Part shown: piece by piece, positions 38,129 through 47,200 of the stretch
How positions within the stretch are numbered: the first letter of the stretch is position 1
How the letters are laid out: every line of letters begins with the position of its first letter
Program-made: the position numbers and the translations under genes
Notes under the pieces: model-generated
What the model was told of the DNA's origin: nothing
The model's database searches: none
Seen by the model: the letters and a program-made list of their open reading frames with translations, nothing else
From: an uncultured beta proteobacterium
GTDB taxonomy: Bacteria; Pseudomonadota; Gammaproteobacteria; Burkholderiales; SHXO01
Assembly: GCA_963772865.1 (NCBI GenBank)
Contig: CAVYZA010000034.1
Coordinates: 291,550 to 355,549, forward strand
DNA length: 64,000 nucleotides
Direction of reading: 5' to 3'

Positions 38129-38660
38129 CGCCGATGGTGAGCGTCCCGTGGTAACCCAGCGATCCGCCCGCTCCGAGGGTGAGCACGGGAGCGTCGTCGA
38201 CCGGGTTGACGGCGATGACCGCAGTCTGCACGGCTCCGCCCAGCCCGGTATCGCTGGCCGAGATGGAAGCCTGGACGTCGAACCTGCCGCTGGCCGTGCT
38301 GTCCGCGCTCGGCGTGAACTTCAGTCCGGCGAGCCCCTGCGCGGCACTGATGAACGCGCCGTCCGCGATCGCGGTGACGCCGTCGTTCTGATACAAGGTG
38401 CCGCCGCCGATCCCCGTGATCTTGAAGTGCGTCACCGACGCGCCGTCAGCGGCGTTGCGGATGATGACCAGCCCGGTTGTGCTTTGCGTGTCCTCGTTGG
38501 TGATCGTGCTCGTCACGGTGGGCGTGTCCGCCACCGGCGCGACGGTCACGGTGAAGGTCTGGCTGGTGAGCATTGACTCCGTCCGACACCCGCAACGTGA
38601 CGGTCGTCGTCCCGTACGTGTTAGCCAGCGGCGTGACGGTGATGGTGCGGCTCGCACCAC
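37743..38660 (-). CDS. Giant locus B, fragment 6
   Basis: The good segment reads LTSQTFTVTVAPVADTPTVTSTITNEDTQSTTGLVIIRNAADGASVTHFKITGIGGGTLYQNDGVTAIADGAFISAAQGLAGLKFTPSADSTASGRFDVQASISASD... Both ends are out of frame. Confidence 0.7.
   Translation of the reverse strand: MVRAAPSPSRRWLTRTGRRPSRCGCRTESMLTSQTFTVTVAPVADTPTVTSTITNEDTQSTTGLVIIRNAADGASVTHFKITGIGGGTLYQNDGVTAIADGAFISAAQGLAGLKFTPSADSTASGRFDVQASISASDTGLGGAVQTAVIAVNPVDDAPVLTLGAGGSLGYHGTLTIGGAHASGDRHRRGTDAAHLHRDRASEHGHAIRGEHAAGSQRHVHASGCHERPGALRSHGCGRRDGRIDAHAQRWRGRERWPVHDEHDDRGPTAASTTAAAATTAAATTTTPGAGCETGRPRWRRVGFER
37799..37861 (-). repeat. Uninterrupted run of 21 proline codons (CCN)21
   Basis: The plus strand reads cgg ggg tgg tgg tgg tgg cgg cgg cgg tgg tgg cgg cgg cgg cgg tgg tgg agg cgg cgg tgg. 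On the minus strand this is 21 consecutive Pro codons in the frame of ORF 37406..38128. Confidence 0.9.
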
Positions 38661-41610
38661 TGCCGCTCAGCACCAGATTGCCGCTCGGAACCAGCGCGCT
38701 GTTGCTGGAGCTGGCGGTCAGGATCAGCGAGCCCGAGGCAGTCTCGGGGTCGGAGATCGTGAAGGTGAGCGGGCCGGTGCTGCCGTCTTCGCCGATTCCC
38801 AGGTTCGGCACCGCGCTGATCCCAGGCGCTTCGTTGACGTCGCCGACCAGGATCGTGAACGCGGCGGTGCTGAAGCTCGCATCGCTGGAGGTCGCGCGCA
38901 CCACGATGGTGTGGCTTGCTGCGGCCTCGTGATCCAACGCGCCGGCGACGCTGACTACGCCGGTCACGGAATCCACGGCGAAGCGCCCGCCGGCGTCGTC
39001 GTCGAGGGAGTAGCTCACCGTATCTGCGGTCTCCGGGTCCGTCGCCCGCACCGTGACACCCACGGTGGTTCCCACCACGGCGTTCTCGACCACTTGATTC
39101 GACGTCGCGTCCACATCGCTGGCCGGCCCCACCGGCACGTCGCTGACGTTCGACACCGCAATGGTGAACAGCTGGGTTTCCCAGCTGCCGTCCGCGCTCC
39201 CTGCACGCACGGTGATGTCGAGGCTGCTGGTGGTCTCGTAGTCGATGGCGCCGGCGACGGTCACTATGCCGGTCTGGCTGTCGATCGCGAAGCGCCCGCC
39301 GGCGTCGTCGTCGAGGCTGAAGGTGATCTCGCTGTTAGTGCTGTCAGCGTCGGTGGCCGAAGCGGTGATTCCCACGACCGTCCCGACAACCGCGTTCTCG
39401 GCCACCGTGTCGGGCGCTGCGTCGGTGTCGACGATCGGCGTGACGTCGTACTCATCGGCATCGCCGATCGCGATCGTGAACAGCGCAACGCTGAAGGTGC
39501 CGTCGCTGCTCAGCGCCCGCACCACGATATCGTGGCTGGCCGCGGCTTCACGGTCGAGGAGCGTGCCGTTGGCCACCGTCACCAGACCGCTCACCGAATC
39601 GATCGCGAAGCGCCCGCCGGCGTCGTCGTCGAGACTGAAGCTGACGGTATCGCCGGTGTCCAGGTCGATCGCACCGGCCGTCAGCCCGACCGCGGTGCCG
39701 GCCGCCGCGCCTTCGATCACGCTGTCGGCTCCGGCATCCGCGTCGGTCACCGGCCCGACCGCGATATCGCTCGCGTCCAGGACGCCGATCACGATGGTCT
39801 GTACTGCGGAGGCGTTGATCCCATCCTCGACTTTGATCCCGAGCACGTAGCTGGTGGTGGTTTCGAAATCCAGGTTGGTGTTGTCGGCGACGGTCAACTC
39901 CCCGGTCGCGCTGTCGATGGCGAAGATCGCGTCGGTGTTGCCGGACACGATGGTCCAACCCTGCAGGACGCCCACGGTATCGACATCGGTTGCCAGCACC
40001 GTGCCGAGCGAGGCGGCGTTGCCCGCGTTCTCGGCGACTGCGAACACCTGGGCCGGCGTCACCACTGGCGCGGTGTCGTTTTCGTCCCCGATGTCGATGC
40101 TGACGTTCTGGAACACCGTGCTGGTCCCGTCGCCGACTCGGACGGTCAGCGTGAAGCTCGTTGCGCTCTCGTAGTCGATGCCGCTGGCGTCGGCCACGCT
40201 GATCTCGCCAAAGCTGTCGATGGCGAACACACCGCCGCCGTTGCCCGCGGTGATCGCGAAGCTCACCGGGATGTCTCCCACCGTGGCGATGCTGCCCAGT
40301 GGATCGCCGTTACCGGCGGCCTCGCTGACGGCAAAGTTCTGGCCGGTCGGCACGCTTGTGCCGGCGTCGGCCACGTTGATCACGAGCGTCTGTGCGGACA
40401 CGCTGGTACCGTCATCCGCTTCGATCGTGAGGATGTAGCTTGGCGTCGTCTCGAAGTCCAGCGCACCGTTGTCATTGACGGTGACGGCGCCGTTGGCGTC
40501 GATGGTGAAGGCGCCCAGGGGATCGCCGCTGACGATGCTGAAGCTCACCGGGACGTCGCCCGCGGTTGCCACCTGCCCGACCGCGCTGCTGTTGGCGGCC
40601 AGCTCGCCCACTGCGAAGGTCTGACCCGCCCCGATGGTGGTGGCGATGTCGTTGACGTCCACGACGAAGGTCTGGTCGAAGAACAGGCCGCCGGCGTCGG
40701 TGGCCCGGACCATGACCTCGTAGCTCGCCTGCCATTCGTAGTCGAGCACGCCGTCGTCGATCGTGAGCTGGTCGCCGACCACGCTGAACAGCGAGCCGTC
40801 GCTTCCCCCGACGATCGAGTAGGTGTGGCTGTCGCCGGCATCGATATCGCTGGCGCTCAGCGTGCCCACGGTGTAGCCGCCGCTGGTGTCGATGTTCTCG
40901 TCCAGACTGCTGTTGCTCAGAGCCACCCCGTCGGGCGCGTCGTTGGCATTGCCGACCGTGATCGCCACGCTGTCGCTGTCGGTCTGGGCGCCGCCGCTGC
41001 CGCTGCCTCCCAGGTCGTTGGTGGTGATGTCGAGCTGGGCGCTGCCCGCGAACGACGTGGCCGGAGTGAAGGTCATTCCATCCAGCGCGGCGTTGATGGC
41101 AGCAAGCGTGCCGGTGAAGGTCATGGAAGCGTCGTCGGTGCCATCACCGCCGGAGAAAACCAGCCCGGTGGTAGTGGCGAGCGTGAGCTGGCCCTGGCTG
41201 GCCGTGAGCGTGACTGCGACCGGGTTGGAACCGGCATCCGCATCGCCCACGGAGATCGCATTGCCGTTCGCGGTCGAGAACACCAGCGCCGTGTCCTGTG
41301 CAGTAGCCTGCGGCCCAGGAATCAGGTTGATCGGTGCGTTGTTCACACCGTCCAGGTTGACCACCGATACGTCGGCCGGGTCGAGCCCGTTGTATGCGGG
41401 GTCCGCACTGGTCGCCGCCGCCAGCACGATGCTGTATGGCACGTTCCCGTCCGTCACCAGGTCGAACACGCCTGTAATGGTCACCGTTCGCGCGATGTTC
41501 CAGTCCGTCGTCGTGAACGTGAGCACGCCGGCGCTTACCGTGCCTTCGCTTGTGTCGCTCGAGGCGAGCGCGATGGTCACGTTCGCAGTGGGCGCAGTGT
41601 TGAGCACCAC
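38446..41610 (-). CDS. Giant locus B, fragment 5 (Calx-beta-like domain, one composite module, ~10 cadherin repeats)
   Basis: VTIALASSDTSEGTVSAGVLTFTTTDWNIARTVTITG comes first. Repeats with LDYE/LDFE....SY.L.V.A.DG and V.D.NDxAP linkers follow. Confidence 0.85.
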   Translation of the reverse strand: MVLNTAPTANVTIALASSDTSEGTVSAGVLTFTTTDWNIARTVTITGVFDLVTDGNVPYSIVLAAATSADPAYNGLDPADVSVVNLDGVNNAPINLIPGPQATAQDTALVFSTANGNAISVGDADAGSNPVAVTLTASQGQLTLATTTGLVFSGGDGTDDASMTFTGTLAAINAALDGMTFTPATSFAGSAQLDITTNDLGGSGSGGAQTDSDSVAITVGNANDAPDGVALSNSSLDENIDTSGGYTVGTLSASDIDAGDSHTYSIVGGSDGSLFSVVGDQLTIDDGVLDYEWQASYEVMVRATDAGGLFFDQTFVVDVNDIATTIGAGQTFAVGELAANSSAVGQVATAGDVPVSFSIVSGDPLGAFTIDANGAVTVNDNGALDFETTPSYILTIEADDGTSVSAQTLVINVADAGTSVPTGQNFAVSEAAGNGDPLGSIATVGDIPVSFAITAGNGGGVFAIDSFGEISVADASGIDYESATSFTLTVRVGDGTSTVFQNVSIDIGDENDTAPVVTPAQVFAVAENAGNAASLGTVLATDVDTVGVLQGWTIVSGNTDAIFAIDSATGELTVADNTNLDFETTTSYVLGIKVEDGINASAVQTIVIGVLDASDIAVGPVTDADAGADSVIEGAAAGTAVGLTAGAIDLDTGDTVSFSLDDDAGGRFAIDSVSGLVTVANGTLLDREAAASHDIVVRALSSDGTFSVALFTIAIGDADEYDVTPIVDTDAAPDTVAENAVVGTVVGITASATDADSTNSEITFSLDDDAGGRFAIDSQTGIVTVAGAIDYETTSSLDITVRAGSADGSWETQLFTIAVSNVSDVPVGPASDVDATSNQVVENAVVGTTVGVTVRATDPETADTVSYSLDDDAGGRFAVDSVTGVVSVAGALDHEAAASHTIVVRATSSDASFSTAAFTILVGDVNEAPGISAVPNLGIGEDGSTGPLTFTISDPETASGSLILTASSSNSALVPSGNLVLSGSGASRTITVTPLANTYGTTTVTLRVSDGVNAHQPDLHRDRRAGGGHAHRDEHDHQRGHAKHNRAGHHPQRR

Positions 41611-43804
41611 GGAGAAGGTGGCAGTACCCCCGTCCTCCGTCGTGGTCAGCCCGGAGGCCGGGGTGACGGTAATGCCCGGTCCTACGGCGGAGGCGACTAC
41701 GTTGAGTGAGAACTCCGAAGTGTTTCCACCGGCGTCGGTCGCGGTGGCGGTGACACGATCGCCGGCCGCCGAGCACGCCCGCCGCGAAGGTGAACGAGAA
41801 CTGCCGGGCGGTCGAGTCGAGCGATCCGGGAACCGCGCCGCTCACCACCGCAGAGCCGAGCAAGGTCTGGCCTTCGCCGTAACCGCTCGGATCCACTGCC
41901 GCCTTGAAGAACTGCACCGTGGCTCCCGGCCGCGCCTCGCCGGTGATCGTGACGTTGCCCGCGGCGACCACTGCGCTGTAGAGCACGGGGAAGTTCATTC
42001 CCAGGTTGGTGCCGAGGTCGCCGTCGCCAGCGTCATTCGCGGTCACGCCGTTGTCGTTGATGTCGATGGCAAGCCCGGTGTTGTTATAGATCGAGTTGCC
42101 TAGAACGGAATGGCTCACACCTCCGGTGATCGCCACCCCGTCCTGGAGGTTGAAGGCGATGGTATTGCCAGCGCCCGCGGTCGCGCCGCCGATCATCGCG
42201 GCGCTTGTGCCGGCGATTGAGATGCCGTGGACGAGATTGCCCAGCGGGCCGGTGCCCGAGGCGTTCACCCCGATGTAGTTGCCCTGAATGACGTTGTCGC
42301 CGCCCAGGCCGCTCAACGCGATGCCGGACCAGTTGTTTCCGGACACGACGTTGCGCGCGCCCGCCACCGTGCCGCCAATGGTGTTGCTGGAGGCGTTGTC
42401 CAGCCAGATTCCGTCCTCGCCGTTGCCGACCGCACCGGTGCCGGTGGCGTTGGTGCCGACGTAGTTGCCCTGCACCAGGTTTCCGCTCACACCGTCGATG
42501 TGGATGCCGTCGACGTTGTTGCCGGAGATGACGTTGCGGTCGCCCGCGGTGGTGCCGCCGATGACGTTGGAGTTGCTGGTGACCCAGATGCCGTACTGGG
42601 CGTTGCCCAGGTCGGCATTGCCGGTCGCGTCGAGGCCGACATAGTTGCCCTGGATCAGGTTGCCGCCGGTGCCGCCCACATGGATCCCGGAGCCGCCGAA
42701 GCGGTTGATGACCAGGCCCCGCACCGTGCTGTTGCCGCCCAGGAGGGTGAGCCCGTCCGCGGCGGCGCCCGCGGCGGCACCGTTCAGCTCGATGATCGGC
42801 GCACCGGCAAAACCGGGCTGGGTGGTCGCGTCGAGCACGACCGCATCGGTGATCGCCGGCAGCGCGGACAGCAGGTTGATCGTATGCAGGCCGGCACCGG
42901 CGATGTTGAACCGGATCTGGTCGGGGCTGCCGGCGTTGACACTGCCGTTCGCCGCGAGGATGGCTTCGCGCAAGGAGATAAAGCCGTCCGCACCCTTGTC
43001 CATGAGCAGGGCGTCGATCGACGAGGTGTCGCCGTCCTTGATGTCGCTGGCGGTGTCCACCACCACCAAGTGGTCAGCGACCGGATCGATCGTGACGTCG
43101 AAGGTTCGCAGCGTCGTGTTCACACCGTCCGATACGCTCAAGGTGATGGTCACCGGGCCGCCGTACGCATCGATCGGCGGGGTCACGACGACGGTGCGGT
43201 TCGCGCCCGTGCCGGCCAGAACGAGGTTGGCGTTGGGGATGCGCAACTGATCGTTGGAAGCGGCCGTCACGCTGAGCGAGCCGGCTGCCGTTTCTGGATC
43301 GCCGATGGTGAAGGCGATCGTCCCGGTGCTGCTGCCCTCTCCGATGGTCCGGTTGGTGATGGCGGTGACGCTCGGCGCTTCGTTCAGGTTCGTCACGCTG
43401 ATCGTGAAGCTGCGGTCCACGAACAGGCCGCCGGCGTCGGTCGATCTCACCGTGACCTGGTAGCTCGGCTTGGTCTCGAAGTCGAGGATACCGTCGGCGA
43501 TCAGCAGTTGCGCTCCCGAGGTGCTGAACTTGCTCGCGTCGGTGCCGCCAACGATGCTGTAGGTATGGCTGTCCGGAACGTCCACGTCCGTGGTGATCAG
43601 GACCCCGACAGCATAGCCGCCCGACGTGTCGATACCCTCGTTGACCGAGCTCCCGCTGAGCGCGATCGCGGTGGGCGCCTCGTTTGCATTCACCAGATTG
43701 ATCGTCACGGGGCCGGTGCTGCTCATCCCGCCAGCGTCGGTCACCTGCACGCTCAGCACGTAGCTGGGCGTGCCCTCGAAGTTGAGCAGCGAGCCGTTGG
43801 CCAC
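41144..43804 (-). CDS. Giant locus B, fragment 4 (cadherin repeats + CSLREA parallel beta-helix)
   Basis: LNFEGTPSYVLSVQVTDAGG...VNANEAP and ILDFETKPSYQVTVRSTDAGGLFVDRSFTISVTNLNEAP are cadherin-like. DGFISLREAILAANGS plus repeated N.IGG/GN.IQGNY turns form the beta-helix. The good frame ends near 41775. Confidence 0.85.
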   Translation of the reverse strand: MANGSLLNFEGTPSYVLSVQVTDAGGMSSTGPVTINLVNANEAPTAIALSGSSVNEGIDTSGGYAVGVLITTDVDVPDSHTYSIVGGTDASKFSTSGAQLLIADGILDFETKPSYQVTVRSTDAGGLFVDRSFTISVTNLNEAPSVTAITNRTIGEGSSTGTIAFTIGDPETAAGSLSVTAASNDQLRIPNANLVLAGTGANRTVVVTPPIDAYGGPVTITLSVSDGVNTTLRTFDVTIDPVADHLVVVDTASDIKDGDTSSIDALLMDKGADGFISLREAILAANGSVNAGSPDQIRFNIAGAGLHTINLLSALPAITDAVVLDATTQPGFAGAPIIELNGAAAGAAADGLTLLGGNSTVRGLVINRFGGSGIHVGGTGGNLIQGNYVGLDATGNADLGNAQYGIWVTSNSNVIGGTTAGDRNVISGNNVDGIHIDGVSGNLVQGNYVGTNATGTGAVGNGEDGIWLDNASSNTIGGTVAGARNVVSGNNWSGIALSGLGGDNVIQGNYIGVNASGTGPLGNLVHGISIAGTSAAMIGGATAGAGNTIAFNLQDGVAITGGVSHSVLGNSIYNNTGLAIDINDNGVTANDAGDGDLGTNLGMNFPVLYSAVVAAGNVTITGEARPGATVQFFKAAVDPSGYGEGQTLLGSAVVSGAVPGSLDSTARQFSFTFAAGVLGGRRSCHRHRDRRRWKHFGVLTQRSRLRRRTGHYRHPGLRADHDGGRGYCHLLRGAQHCAHCERDHRARLERHKRRHGKRRRAHVHDDGLEHRANGDHYRRVRPGDGRERAIQHRAGGGDQCGPRIQRARPGRRIGGQPGRCEQRTDQPDSWAAGYCTGHGAGVLDRERQCDLRGRCGCRFQPGRSHAHGQPGPAHARHYHRAGFLRR

Positions 43805-44205
43805 CGTGATGGCGCCGGTCTGGGCAGTTGATGGCGAATGCTCCGCCGGTGTTGCCGGCGGTGATCGCGTAGCTCAGCCCCGGCACGGCCGCGCCCAGCG
43901 TGATCCCTGCCGGATCCGACAGCAGGCCCGTGTGAAACGACCGTGGCCGTGCCGGTGCCGTCCAGGTTGACGCGGCGGATGCGGTCGAGGTCGTCCTCGG
44001 TCCAGTACAGCTTGCCGTGAGCGGTGTCGACCACCAGCCCGTTGATGCCGTTGCTGGTCGAGACGAAAGTCGTCACCGCCCCCGAGCCGTCCAGCGCGGC
44101 CCGACCGATCCGGCCGCCGGCCTTGTCGGCCCAGTACATCTTGTTGCCGGCCACGTCGAGCGCGATGCTCACGGGGTTGCCGATGCCGCTCACCAGCGTC
44201 TGCAT
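43753..44205 (-). CDS. Giant locus B, fragment 3 (YWTD blades 4-6)
   Basis: MQTLVSGIGNPVSIALDVAGNKMYWADKAGGRIGRAALDGSGAVTTFVSTSNGINGLVVDTAHGKLYWTEDDLDRIRRVNLDGTGTATVVS. The tail is out of frame. Confidence 0.75.
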   Translation of the reverse strand: MQTLVSGIGNPVSIALDVAGNKMYWADKAGGRIGRAALDGSGAVTTFVSTSNGINGLVVDTAHGKLYWTEDDLDRIRRVNLDGTGTATVVSHGPAVGSGRDHAGRGRAGAELRDHRRQHRRSIRHQLPRPAPSRWPTARCSTSRARPATC

Positions 44206-47200
44206 GCCCGACCCGTCCAGGTTCGCGCGTTCGCACCTGGTTGGTCCCGTCGTCCGTCCAATAGATCTTGCCGTTGACCAGATCGAGGTCGAGGCTGGTC
44301 GGGACCGACAACCCGTTCGCCGAGGTCAGCAGATCCTGCACACCGGTGCCGTCGAGATTGGCGCGCTGGATCTTGGCGGTGCCCGAGTCGGCCCAGTACA
44401 ACTTGCCGTTGGCGGAGTCCACCTTGATCGAGACCGGGGTATTCAGCCCGGATGTCACGATGGCCTGCAGGCCGCTGCCATCCAGGTTGGCGCGATAGAT
44501 CCGGTTGCTGCCCGTATCCGCGAAGTACAGTTTGCCGCCGGCATAGTCGATCGCGATCCCGGCCGGGTCGTTCAAGCCATTGATCAACGTCTCCACGCCG
44601 CTGCCGTCGAGATTCGCGCGTTTGATCTGGTTGTCGAAGTAATCGGTCCAGTAGATCTTGCTGAAGCTCTTTTCGGGATCGGGATCGACCGCGCCGACAT
44701 TCCCGACCACCGTGCCGTTAGCAGCGTTCTCGGCAACCGACAAAGTGGTCACCGACAGCATCGGCGGGAGATTCGGCGGCACGACGGTAAGGTCGAAGCT
44801 CTGCAACGTGGTGTCTGTACCGTCGAAGACGCTCAGGGTGATCGTGGCACTGCCGTACTGGCTCGCCAGGGGCGTGTAGCTGATGGTCCGGTTCGCACCT
44901 GACCCGCCCAGCGTGATGTTGGCGTTCGGCAGCAGCGTGCCGTTGCTGGAGGCCGCGGTGACAACCAGCGATGCTGGCGTGGTCTCCAGGTCACCGATCG
45001 TGAACGCGATCGGCCCGCCGCTGGAGCCCTGCGGGATCGACTGGTCGGCGATGACGCTCACGGTGGGCGCGTCGTTGACGGCAGTGACGGCGACCTGCTT
45101 GCTTGCGATGTCGCTGCCCAGTCCGTCGTTGGCGGTGAATGTAACAATGCGTGTCGCCGTGCTGGGTGCGTCGCTGCCGTTGCCGTAGCTCACGCTCCTC
45201 AGCAGCGCCTGATAGGCAGCCGCCGTTGCATTGCCGGTGAAGCTCAGCGTTCCCGTTGCGGGATTCCAGTTCGCAACGACGCCTCCGGGCAGCGCACCCG
45301 AGTTGTAGGTCAGCGTGTCCTCGCCGATCACGTAGTTGCTGGCTATGAGCGCCTGAACACTGGTCAGGGGATTGACATTGCCCGGGGCCAAGGTCAGACC
45401 GGGGTCGATAGGGGTCGCCGCGGCGTTCTCCGCATAGACCAGCGCGCCGCCGGTGGTAGTCAGGTTCGGCGGCATGTAGATCACGCTGATGAACAGCGTC
45501 GGATTGGTCAGCTTCGCCCCGCCCGACCCGGTATTTCCCTGATCGTCGACGGCGACTTGCAGGCTCGCACTGCCGGTGTAGCTGGTGTTCGGAGTGAAGA
45601 CCAGCCCGTTCAGCGCATTGTTGATGTTGGCAAGTGAGGCCGTGAAGACGATGTTGGAGGTTCCGTTCCCCACCAGCAACGACAGCCCGGTAGTGGATGC
45701 AAGCGTGGCGTTCCCGTTGGACGCGAGCAAGGTCACCCGCAGCGGCGCGCCTCCGGCGTCCACGTCGCTCACTGTGATGGCGTTGCCGTTGCCGCTCGAC
45801 AGCACCAAAGACGTATTGATTGCGGTGCTCTGCGACACCGGCAGCGCAACGCCCGGTGCATCGTTGACGGCGGTCACGCCAACTTGCCGAGCGTTGCTGA
45901 CGATGCTCGCGCCATCGTCCAGAGTAAACGTGATCGTGCGTAGCGCGGTGGCTGGGATGTCGCTCAGATTCCGGTACGTCACGCTCCTGAGCAGCGCCTC
46001 ATACTGGGCGAGCGTAGCAGTCCCGCTGAACGTCAGTGCCCCGGCAGACGCATCCCACACCGCGCCTACGCCTCCGGGAAGTACCCCGGCGTTGTAGTTC
46101 AACAGATCTTGACCGTTGACGTAGTTGCCGGTGATGTTCACCGTGGCGCCGTTCAGCACGCCCAGCGTGCCCGCGCCTATGCTCAGGCCGCCATCGACCG
46201 GCGTCGCCGGATCATTCTCGACGTAGCTGAGCGGAGTAGCGTTCACGGTCAGGGACGGCGCCGTATAGGTGACGTCGATCGCTACGCTGCTCATCGCCTG
46301 CAACGGACCCGGGCTTCCGGTGTTGCCCAGGTCGTCGGTGACGATCTGCAGGCCGCCGGCGCCGAAGAACCCGGCGTTGGGAGTGAACATCAGCCCGTCG
46401 AGCGCGTCGTTGATACCATCCGGACTGCCCCTGAAGGATAGGCTTGCGGTTCCGTTGCCGGTGACTCCGCTCAGCCCGGCGATGGTGGACAACGTGAGCG
46501 TGCCATTGACTCCGGTAAGCGTGATACCCAGCCCGCCGCCGTTCTCGTCGATGTCGCTGACTGTAATAGCGTTTCCGTTCGCGCTCGAGAACGTGAGCGG
46601 GGTGCCGCCCGGTGTGCTCTGGCTCGCGGGCACCGCGTTGACGGGCGGGTCGTTCACCGCGGCGACGTCGATGGTGAGTGTGCGGACCAGCGGGTCCAGG
46701 TCGCTGCCGCCACCGGCAGTCCCGCCGCTGTCCTGCACCTGGAACCCCAGGGTCGCATATCCCACCCCGCTGGCATTGGCAAACGGCGTGTACACCAACT
46801 TTCCGGCAAGGAGGTCCGCGACCCCGACAAAGGCGCCAGCGGTCACCGGCACCCCGTTGTTGGTCAAGGTCCCACCCCCCGGCAGGGTCGCGACCCTGAT
46901 CGCCTGGAAGCTGTCGTCCGGACCGTCCTTCGGGTCGGTGAAGCCGAAGTCGAGCACCGAGAACGCATAGGCCGTCTCCTCGCTCGTCGTCAAGGTCTTG
47001 TCCGTCCCCGCGGGCGCATCGTTCACTGAAGTGACGTTGATCAAGACCGTGCGGCTGGCAGCGAGCGGCCCGCCGCCGGTATTGCCGAGGTCATCGACCA
47101 GAATCTGTACGTCCGCCGGACCGACATAGTCGCCTGCAGCGAGGAAGCGCAGCCCGCTCAAGGCGGCGTTGATGTCGGCCACCGTGCCGGTGAAGCTCAT

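Noticed and set aside
38398-41709. 1,103-aa plus-strand ORF. The same applies to 47657..49750, 42227..43831, 3667..5742, 34372..36156, 9885..11075 and 12051..13514.
   Set aside because: These are shadow ORFs antisense to well-supported minus-strand genes. They have no recognisable motifs and biased Arg/Gly/His composition.
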